Shown here piece by piece: positions 7,660 through 17,200 of a DNA stretch of 64,000 bases. The first letter of the stretch is position 1. Each line of letters starts with the position of its first letter. Source of the stretch: a virus. The notes beneath the pieces were generated by a model. That model saw only the letters and a list, made by a program, of their open reading frames with translations. It did no database searches and had not been told where the DNA came from. The stretch covers positions 32,833-96,832 of the IMG/VR virus record IMGVR_UViG_3300008107_000029; one strand, written 5' to 3'. The translations under genes were made by a program, and so were the position numbers.

Positions 7660-9332
7660 TATTTAACATCCTCCTCATTCTTAATAATTATAACACTTCC
7701 TGCTGTAGCGTATCCACCATCACCTGTACCTGCAGCAGATCTAACTTCAATAGTAGAAGGAATATTGTCTTCAGTTACTAGTAAAACAACTCCACCACCA
7801 CCTGCATATCCAATAGTTCCTGGAGTTCCTGGAAGTCCAGCAGTAATAGATCCTCCTGCACCACCTGCTCCTCCTGCTCCACCAGGACCACCCTCAGCAT
7901 ATACTGAAGGAATAAATGATGTTGACTCTGGCTGATATGCTACAAAGAAAAATGAATATTGAGTTGGTCCTTGTCCTACTTGACGAGACTCTGTGTTGCT
8001 TCCAAAGTTTGTATAAGATGCAGCAACTTGTCTTTGTGTAGTAAATGGAAATGGGTTAAAAGATCCAGGGTTTCCTGGGGTTGGGGAGTTTCTTCCAGTT
8101 TGTACATACGACCATGGCTGTCCAGGCTGAAAAAATGAAAATGGGTTGCCTGGTTGAAAGAATGAAAATGGGTTTCCAGGCTGAAAGAATCCACCACCTC
8201 TTGGAAATCTAACAAATCTTCCTGGGTTTGTTCCAAAAACTGTTCTTCCAGGGTTTGTTCCAGAAACAGTTCTTCCTGGAAAGACTCCAAAGATTCCTCT
8301 AGACCAAGCGTTGCCTGGAGTTGGAGCGTTTACATAAGAATATCCTGGTGTAACTGCTGGAGTTACTTGAGTATAGGTATAGTTAAATGTAACAGAAAAT
8401 GGTTGTTGATAAAATTGTGTAACTACTGTTGGTGCATTGTATCCATATGCCAATACATTGTAGTTATATCCTGCTGCATTTACTTGAGTTCTTGAGAATT
8501 GAAAAAAGTCTGGGGCCTTTGCTCCTGTATTTCCTGGTGCACCTGGATTACCAACACTTCCTGCGGTTCCTTCACCTGGTAAAGGTAATGGTCCTGGAGA
8601 CTTTCCGTCAGCACGAATAATTCCAGATCCTATAATTTTTCTTGCAGAAATAACAACTACTCCACCACCTGGACCTCCGTCTCCTCCAAGTCCTGCAGCA
8701 CCTCCAAGCCCTCCAGTTCCTAAGTTTCCTGGAGCACCTGTGTTTCCTGGGGATCCTTTTCCACCTGGGGCACCCACTGTGTTTGTTCTAGATGTAGGAC
8801 TTAAATTTCCTGGTGCACCTGGAGAACCTGCAGGGGCAGGCTGTGCAACTCCGTCTGCACCTTTGTTACCTGGTGTACCTGGTTTTCCACCAGATCCACC
8901 TTGAAGTGTTCTAAGTCTATTTAATGCTGCATCAAATTTATATGCAACAATTGCTTGTGAAAAATTATAAAACTCTGCTTCTCCAAAGAAGTTCTCACCG
9001 TTATTAAGACCACCAGATCCACCAAGAGTATCAGATGCTTTGACTCCCGAAGCCCCACCACCAAAGATAGTTCCTGCAGTTACAGTGTCAGCGAGTCTTC
9101 CGATAACAGAAGTGGCGTCTGCCATTGTTAATGTGTCTTTAACAAAAACTCTAAATCCGTTTGTATCTAATTGTACGTTTGCTAAAATTGTAAGATTGTT
9201 ATAGTACATGTCTCTATTCAAAGATATGTTTGAAATAACAGTGACATCGCCATCTGTTCCTGGTCCATAAATCTCAAGGCCACCCTTACGGGAAGCCAAG
9301 ACAACAGGCTCTGGAACTCTTACATCAGACAT
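7659..9332 (-). CDS. Gly/Pro-rich (polyglycine/collagen-like) fibre protein with aromatic repeat insert
   Basis: G-X-P/G-X-X runs, GGGVVVI motifs, ~200-aa F/Y/N/P/Q/T-rich insert. Confidence 0.75.
   Translation of the reverse strand: MSDVRVPEPVVLASRKGGLEIYGPGTDGDVTVISNISLNRDMYYNNLTILANVQLDTNGFRVFVKDTLTMADATSVIGRLADTVTAGTIFGGGASGVKASDTLGGSGGLNNGENFFGEAEFYNFSQAIVAYKFDAALNRLRTLQGGSGGKPGTPGNKGADGVAQPAPAGSPGAPGNLSPTSRTNTVGAPGGKGSPGNTGAPGNLGTGGLGGAAGLGGDGGPGGGVVVISARKIIGSGIIRADGKSPGPLPLPGEGTAGSVGNPGAPGNTGAKAPDFFQFSRTQVNAAGYNYNVLAYGYNAPTVVTQFYQQPFSVTFNYTYTQVTPAVTPGYSYVNAPTPGNAWSRGIFGVFPGRTVSGTNPGRTVFGTNPGRFVRFPRGGGFFQPGNPFSFFQPGNPFSFFQPGQPWSYVQTGRNSPTPGNPGSFNPFPFTTQRQVAASYTNFGSNTESRQVGQGPTQYSFFFVAYQPESTSFIPSVYAEGGPGGAGGAGGAGGSITAGLPGTPGTIGYAGGGGVVLLVTEDNIPSTIEVRSAAGTGDGGYATAGSVIIIKNEEDVK
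8109..8279 (-). repeat. two facing sets of 27-nt (9-aa) tandem repeats
   Basis: PGRTVSGTN-PGRTVFGTN-PGRFVRF, then PRGGG, then FFQPGNPFS-FFQPGNPFS-FFQPGQPWS. Confidence 0.9.
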
Positions 9333-9334
9333 TT

Positions 9335-9670
9335 TTAGGCTATCTCCACTCCACTAATATGTAGGCTGATTGCGTCTGCAACGTTTGCTAGACACTGTAT
9401 TGTAGCACCTGTTGGAACTACGATACTTCCATCTACTAGTTGAGTAGTATTTGCAGGCACTAGGATTTCTCCAAAGGCCTTGTTTGTTGCTAATGCAGTT
9501 CCCCCACTTGGCACAATGTGAATCGTTGCTCTAGCGTCTATACCACTGGTATTCGCTATAAGTATTTGCTTCACAAGTGTAGTTGTGCTTGCTGGAACTG
9601 TATACAATGTTGCAGCCGTAGTAGTTAATCGTGTTACTGCTGCTAGTTGTTTTGGTGTATATGCTGGCAT
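9335..9670 (-). CDS. small virion structural protein (beta-sandwich fibre-associated domain)
   Basis: LYTVPA..T.LVKQILIAN...ISGVEI pattern; related to N-termini of the next two genes. Confidence 0.65.
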   Translation of the reverse strand: MPAYTPKQLAAVTRLTTTAATLYTVPASTTTLVKQILIANTSGIDARATIHIVPSGGTALATNKAFGEILVPANTTQLVDGSIVVPTGATIQCLANVADAISLHISGVEIA

Positions 9671-9686
9671 TTCTTCACCTCTTCTC

Positions 9687-10547
9687 TTATACCTGCATCC
9701 AGATCAATGCTAGATCTGTTGTATTACCTGACAATACAATCTTATTGTTTGCATCGTCATAGGTTGCTGTAATATTATTATGGGTAGTGTGGTCAAACAG
9801 TACGGCAGCAGAGTCTTGGATTAATTCTACATCTCCACCCGTTGCATTTGTACCAGTAAGAACAATTTTATTTGCTAGGTCATCGTAAGTAACAGTAATG
9901 TTTACGTGATCGTTATGTGTTAGGGCTGCTGCTGCAGCATCTTGTGCACGTTCTGAAACATAGTATTGGTTTGTAGTTCCTTCTGGAAGGTTGTCAGTTG
10001 TCTTAGCACCAAAAAGGTTTTCCCATTCAGCATCTGTTACGTACTGTGGGTGTGGGTTTGCTAAGGCCTCGTGAGCGTCAATACTGTTATCAATTGTAGT
10101 CTGGTTAGCAGAGGCAATCCATGCGTTACCTGCCCAAAAATACATTAAGTTAGTAGTAGAGTTAAACCAAATGTCTCCAATTTGTGGAGTTGGTGGCTCT
10201 GTTGGCTGCTGAATAACAAACTGAGATCCAATTGACTCGTAAATACCATTCATAGAGAATGAAGTAACTCCTTGGTCAGAGCGAATGTAAACCTTATCTC
10301 CTACACCAATTGTAAATCTGTAAGTCTCAATGGAGTTTCCACGAGACAAATCTGTGTTATATGTAAGCCAAGCCCATTTAGATTGATTTTGGTCTTCATC
10401 TTTAGGTACTAGATAGATGCTAATTCTGTCATCTACGCTTCCAATGTTTGTAGCAATCACAGAAATCAAAGCGGATCTTGGAGATGCAAACATAACAGTT
10501 GTTGTATCTGCTAATGGTACATTTGTTGCTAGTCTACTAATTGCCAT
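9687..10547 (-). CDS. virion fibre-associated protein
   Basis: N-terminal domain paralogous to 10565..11215; GDIWFNSTT..MY.W.G..W; PHPQY; TDNLPEG..N.YY; H.NIT.TYDD..NKI repeats. Confidence 0.7.
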   Translation of the reverse strand: MAISRLATNVPLADTTTVMFASPRSALISVIATNIGSVDDRISIYLVPKDEDQNQSKWAWLTYNTDLSRGNSIETYRFTIGVGDKVYIRSDQGVTSFSMNGIYESIGSQFVIQQPTEPPTPQIGDIWFNSTTNLMYFWAGNAWIASANQTTIDNSIDAHEALANPHPQYVTDAEWENLFGAKTTDNLPEGTTNQYYVSERAQDAAAAALTHNDHVNITVTYDDLANKIVLTGTNATGGDVELIQDSAAVLFDHTTHNNITATYDDANNKIVLSGNTTDLALIWMQV

Positions 10548-10564
10548 GTGTCTCCCCTAACCTA

Positions 10565-11215
10565 TTATATCCTATTTAACTCACCAAACAAAAGGTATTC
10601 GTTTGGATTTGTTTTAAGAAGTTCTATTACGCTGTGAGCACCTTCGCTAACATTTGTACACCCTGCATTCTTATTTAACGTTACACCAGAGGCTGCTACA
10701 ACTTGCACTGCTGCCTGTGTGCTAGTAACGTAAAACCTTGAACCAAGTGGTGCAGGGTTTACAGTCTCATTTGGAACTGTAAGTGTTACAGTGCTACCGT
10801 TGGTAAGTTTTAGCATTCTATCTATATCTTCAAATACTAATGTATGCGATGAAGCAGCATCAGTACGAGTAAGTAGTTGCTTTGGGGAGTATGCGAGTAG
10901 GTCTGTTTGTTGAATTCCCTCTGCCAGGAATGAGAATCCTTCTCTACTTCCACTAACGTATAGTTTATCACCCTCCACCAAAGCAAATCTGTGTACTTCT
11001 ACTGAGTTTCCTGACTCAATTAGAAGATTTTTTGTTATGTAAACAAAGTTTGCATCGATTCCAGCACCTTCTGGGTCAATGTATATTGTTGTAGATCCAA
11101 TGTTTTCATTTCCATTAGTAACCAATACAGAGGCAAGGTACTCGCCATCCGAAGTAAATATTAGGACTGGTGTATTTGGATCTGGGTTAGCAATTCCTAG
11201 TCGTCTCAGAGCCAT
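10565..11215 (-). CDS. virion fibre-associated protein
   Basis: MALRRLG.. domain paralogous to 9687..10547; C-terminal T.TVP....G...V....GVT..N..LLFGEL fibre-tip-like domain. Confidence 0.7.
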   Translation of the reverse strand: MALRRLGIANPDPNTPVLIFTSDGEYLASVLVTNGNENIGSTTIYIDPEGAGIDANFVYITKNLLIESGNSVEVHRFALVEGDKLYVSGSREGFSFLAEGIQQTDLLAYSPKQLLTRTDAASSHTLVFEDIDRMLKLTNGSTVTLTVPNETVNPAPLGSRFYVTSTQAAVQVVAASGVTLNKNAGCTNVSEGAHSVIELLKTNPNEYLLFGELNRI

Positions 11216-11218
11216 CTG

Positions 11219-14200
11219 TTACGCCTGCGATTCTGTCCATGAGACACGAGCAGAGATTTTAAGAGGTATTGCTTCAGTTACTGAGGCAGGCTCTACGACA
11301 ACTGCTGCTACTGTAAGAACATCTGGTCCGTCTGGGAACACACCGTCTCCACCAAGGATTGAGTTACCTAAAGTTGCAAGTTCTGCAAGAGATAATGTAG
11401 TATCTTGTGAGTTTACGGTTCCAGTACCTGCTGCACGGAAGTTGTAGAGAACAATTCCACCAGTGTACAAATCTCCCTTAGAGTGTTTAATCAACTGGCT
11501 GAGTGAAGGCTTGTTCACGAATGTCCAGTTAGTGTTATCTAAAGTTGAGTTAAGAATCAAGTAGATTTCGCAGTCGTAGTTTGTAAGAATACCAACAGAG
11601 TTAAGAATTGTCTGCATTCTATTTACTACTTCTTTTGAACCTAAGTTACCAGTGTTAGCATTATCTACTGAAGGAGCAAGACGTGCTGATACTAGAGGGA
11701 TTACTGATGGAACAATGTCTGTTCCTGATCCAATATTGTATGTTTGTGATGTTGGATATGTAAAGGTTGCTCCATCGTTAGTATAAATAATTACTTGAGC
11801 ACCTGAACCAGTTGAGCCACCAGTGTACCAACGTGCATTGTTAGTAAGAGTTGCAGTTCTTGGGAATGTTCCAGAGCCTGGTGCTACTGTTGAAGCAATA
11901 AACTGTGTAGATGATCCTAGGTAAGGTGTAATATAAACAACTGAACCATTAGAGATTGTTGATCCAGTATAAGATCTACCACCTGATCCACCATAGAAGA
12001 ATGTTGATGGTACAGATGAATCTGCTTCCCATCTAACTCTATGGACAGTTCCTGCAGTCATTCCGTGTCCACTTGCTACGGTAAAGACAGTAAAGTTATT
12101 TGTTGCATCAAATAATTGCTGTTGAGAAGTTACGGTTCTAAATGTGGCACCATCTGTTGCAGAAGGAGCCTGGTCAACATAAACCCAACCAGTGTTATTG
12201 TATCCACGAACTGGCACTCCAATTGTTTTTGTTCCTACTGGAAGTTTTTCATTAAGTGCAGTTGAGTTAGCCACTGCTGTATTATTTTTAATTGCAGCAA
12301 CTACTGCGTTGGTGTATGAATCAAATGTAATTCTGTAAGCAGCAACAGTTGTTGCTGTGTCAGGGTCAGTGATGGTATATGACTTAGTTGTTTCAATTTG
12401 ACCAGGAGCAGTCTTTTGAGTTGAGTTGTTTGTAAACTGAATTGAATCTCCTGCTGCTGTAAACAAATAAGCCTTGTCATCTTGGAACTCTCCATCCATA
12501 ATAATAGATGTACCCCAGTGAGAAAGTGATGGTACGTATGAAGGAATTCCTGTTGAAGTAATTTCATAACGGGCTGGAAGGTTTCCTGCTCTCATGTATG
12601 CTTCAGTAAATATATTGTTGTGGATAAATTCATGGAAGTACTTTACGTGCCCCTTTTGATCTTTAAATCCAAATCTAACTTTACCTGCACCATACCAAGA
12701 GTAGTCAATGTAAGCCATTTGAATCTTTGTAAGATCTAGGTTAAATCCTGATGGGCCAGTTCCATCTGCTGGATCAAGGTTCCAGTTTGCTTGTTCTACT
12801 TTAGTATCTACAACCTTTGAAATGATAACTCCACTCTTAGAGATACCACGATATGCTGGTTGGATATACATAATGTCATTTGAGTCAACCTTTACAACCT
12901 TGTAAGTTTGTCCCTTAATAACAACGCTTTGTCCCTTTGCTACCTGAGAAGAGAATGAAGTGCTAGAACCAACAATTCTTGTAGAGTTAAACGCTACTGT
13001 TGCAGTTCCAGACATCTGTTGTGTAGATGATCGTCTTACACAGTACAACTTGCTACCGTCAAACTCAAAGAAGATTCCATTTTGATCATCAAACAATCCT
13101 GATCTTAGTACACAGTTTACCCAAGAAACTGGATTAAATTGTGGGAATCCTCCTGGACGATCTGTTTGTGGAGTTCCTAAAAGTGTAATGGTGAATGTTC
13201 TTTCATCAATAATTTGATTAATTTCAAAGTTTCCATTCCAGTAATTAGGACCAAGATCGCCAATTCCATTTACAGCATCTACAATTCTAACTGTAACAAC
13301 ATCTGTACAGCGATGTGGGTTTCTTGTTGTAATTGTTGCAGTAGTTCCTACTCTTGTATATGTATCAATCTGAGTTGGAGCGTTAAAGTTAATTGCCTTA
13401 GATACCTGAATACCCTTACCTGACTGGTAACGGAAGTACTTACGGGTCTGACGAATCATAGATGCGTCTGGGTTAGTAGAAGGAGTAAGTTCAACACCAC
13501 CGTCGTAAGGTCTGTGAACTGCGAATCCATCACCCTTAACATACAATGATGTAGAGGTTGCATATGATAAATCGGTTCTAGCAACACCAGAGGCAGTTGA
13601 GATTGGAGTTTGTGCTTCATCTGATCCTGTAACTGGAATAGTATCTTCTACAGTCAAGGCAGTTGCTGATCTAATTCCAGTAATCTTGGAAGCAAACACT
13701 GTTCCTGGAAGTACTGGAGAGATTGTCATGTTACCAGTTCCAAGGCCAGTAATATCAATTCTGTTTGAATCTGCATTAGCATCTGCTGGATTTGGATAGA
13801 ATGCTAAAGTTGAAGTTGTAAGTGCTCTTACATAGTAAATTCTTGATGCTGAAAGCCCAGTTGGCAAAGTAGTACTAGATGAAACTCTTACAGCAAGACC
13901 AGTTGTATATGTATGTGTATCTTGAGTTGTAACAATGTTTGTTGTTAAGTTAATACCACTGGACTGAGTTACAAATTCAAGATTGCTTAATCTAGTATCT
14001 GGTACATATACTTTAAATACATCTCCAATCTTATAAAGATTTGGGAAGTTTGTTCCAAGTCCATTGATTGTTTTTGTTCCTGGAACTAGGCTAACAGTTC
14101 CGCTTGCAGGAAATTCTGCAGCAACGTTAGAACTTGTAATTGAGTGAGTTACACCAGATCCAAATGATGTTAAAACAATTTCTCTTCCAATTTCAGCATC

Positions 14201-17200
14201 ATCTCTGGTTGCTGCAAGTTGGAACCAATCTTGGCTAATTCTAATTGCATAATATGTAGTTCCAGCAACAAGTCCACCGATTTGTGTTCCTGATGTGTTA
14301 TATACTACTGGAGCACCTGTGTAATACTGGTGATTTGTTTGGTTAATAATACTATAGTTAAGGTCAAGTGTGTTCAAAGGATCGAAGGTATAAGTTCTTG
14401 GGCTAAGAATTGCACTTGTTGGGTTAAGGGTAAAGTGTGTATCTGTTGGAATGGTTTGAATTTCATAGATTCCGTCAATAGCATTTGTACCAGTGATTGA
14501 AAGTTCGTGTGTTCCAGTTCCAACAGCACTAAAGTTAATAAGCCCTGGGATCTTTTTAAATGTTCCAGTTCCTCCAAGATTTGTGTCTAGAAGAGGTACA
14601 CGATCATCTACTGGGGCTTCTCCTGCTGCGTTAACAACTAGGGAGGCTGCACTTTCAGGTGAATAGAATAGTGCTAATCTGTTTGCATCCAATCCTCTAA
14701 CAAAGTAAACTGTTCCACTCTTTAAACCACCAATTGGGGTAGTTGAGTTATAGATTGCAGGCTCTGCAGATGCAGTTGAATATCCGTGACCTGCAGATGT
14801 TATGTAAAATGCAACCGTGTCTACAGTGGACAATCCTTGTACTGGGATGTTAAGTGAAGAAAAAGTAGCCGTTGTAGATAGTCTAAAGTAGTTTTCTGTT
14901 GGTGTAAAGACATAGTACTGGTTAGCATTTACAAGTCCAGTAATTGCTGGATTAACACCAGATGAGTATGTAAGAATCTGTCCTTCAGACAAAGCATTCT
15001 GTGGAAGATAGATTCCATCAGCAAAGTCTGTTGCTGTTCTACGTGTAAAGGTCATTGTTCCTGAAGAATATGGAGATGGCAAGAATGCTTGATAAGCACT
15101 TGCCTTTGTTGGCTTAAGTCTAATTCTGTTTTCATTTACCTTTTCAACAAAGTAGTTAATTCTTTGTCCAATTGAAATTGGTCCGAATCCACCAGTAAAT
15201 CTAACGTTTGCGTTTGTTGTACTTGCTGTAAAGTTAATAGATCCTGTGTTGTCAATTGCCTTTTCAGGAGTTGTGTGCAGTGTAAATGTTGTTGATGATA
15301 ATGGTCTAATGTAGTAATTACGGCCTGGAACAACTTGAGGAGTGCTTGTAAAGGGAGTGGTTGTAGTCCCGTCGTCCATTGTAAACAATACTGCTTGTCC
15401 AGTTCTAAAGGTTGTAGCGTCTCCATTTACCATTGTTAAAATTTCTGTTGCAGTATCAATTGCTGATAGGTTGCTTACAGTAGGAGCCACAATAGCCAAC
15501 TGAACTTTTGCTGTTCCAACTGTTGTAATGTCTACAATTGAAGTGTTAGCAATTGCATTTGCTAAAGTAGGATGAAGAGTTAATGTATTGGTTCCTGTCT
15601 TTCTTACAAAATATTTAGTATTGTTTGTCAACCCACCTGCAAGAGTTGGGCTGCTTTGTGTAATAGTAGCAGTTCCAGATCCTGAAGCAGTGATGTTAAC
15701 TAAATTGTTATTTGCAATAGCGTCTGCTGAAGAAGCGTGAAGAGTAAATGTTGTACCACTTGCTACTCTTACATAATAAGTTCCGTTATCAGTTAAACCA
15801 CCTGGTTGTGCATTTACTGGTTTCAATGCTCCAACTCCAGAGCCACGAGCAACTAAGTCTACAGTGTTATTGTTTCCTTGTGCTCCAGCCTTGCTTCCGT
15901 GCAAACTAATTGTTGTTGAGTTAATAACTCTTACAAAGTATGTTGAGCCACTTGTTAATCCGTTAGGTACAACGTCTCCACCATTGTAGTAAACTACTTC
16001 TTGTCCACTTACATAGTTTTCTGTTGATGGTACAGTAATTTGATCAGTTACTGGATCGATTCCGTTTGCCTGCTCAAATGAGAGTGGACGGGCACGATGC
16101 TTTACTGTTACTGCATCTCCAGTTGTAAATCCTGTTGTGCTTGCAACTGTAATAACATCGGTTGCTAGGTTAACACCAGCGTTAGCATTAAATGTTGTTT
16201 CTGCACTTTGTGCAGTTAAAAATACTGGAGTTCCTGTGTTAACCCTTGATCCATCATCAACTGTAATAACGTTTGATGTTGTATTAATTCCAGTTGTTGC
16301 AAGAGCAGTAATTTTTCCATAGTTTTCATCTACTGGTCCACCTTCTCCAGAAGCAGTTTCTACTAGAACAACATCGTCACTAGAAAATCCATGATTTGGA
16401 ACATATACGCTGTCGTAGTTTTCTTCCATAATTCCAACTACAATCCATGTAGTTCCATTAATGGTAGTTCCGTTAATATCTAGAATTCCAGTACCTGCTG
16501 GAGCAGTACCTAATCTTAATGTTCTGTTTTGCTTAATAACTGTACTTGTTCCAGTACCAGTTGATGTTACGTCAACCTGTAATGTGTCGCTAGAGGCACC
16601 TGCTGCAGATGTGTGTAGAGACATTGTTGTGGAAGAACGAACACGAATGTAGTATGTGTTACCACTAGTAAGTCCAGTTGGAATTGTTCCAGAGTTTGAG
16701 TAATATGTTACGGCATCACCAGTTGTAAAACCAGATGTGCTTGGCACTGTAAATACATTTGTAACAACGTCTAAAGATGTTCCACTGTTAGTCCATGTTT
16801 CTCTTGCTTCAGTCTTATTAGCCTGGTTGACATAAAGTTTTACATAGTTAGTTACAGTGTGGTTGTTAGTTGACTTGTGTGGAGAAGCAGCAGTTAGACC
16901 AGTTCCAGTTGAAAAAACAAACACTGGATCGTCTTCTTCTACCCCTTTAAGGTTATTTGTTGTTGTAATAACGTCAGCAACTGTTGCAGAAGCAACTTTG
17001 TTTGCAAAAAATAGTGCATGCTGTCCAAAATTACTTGTTCCATTTCTTGTAAATTGAACTAAAGTTGCTGTATTATATTCGTCAATTTCAGTTGATGAGA
17101 GAGCAACAGTATTGTTATCAATCTTTACTGCATAGTACAAAGAATAGTTTGTAAGTCCACCGACTAGTGTGTCTTCATATGGACCAACATACATAACTGG

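Noticed and set aside
6589-9332. Diversity-generating retroelement acting on the paralogous fibre genes
   Set aside because: No reverse transcriptase in the window, and the paralogous segments differ at all base types, not only adenines.
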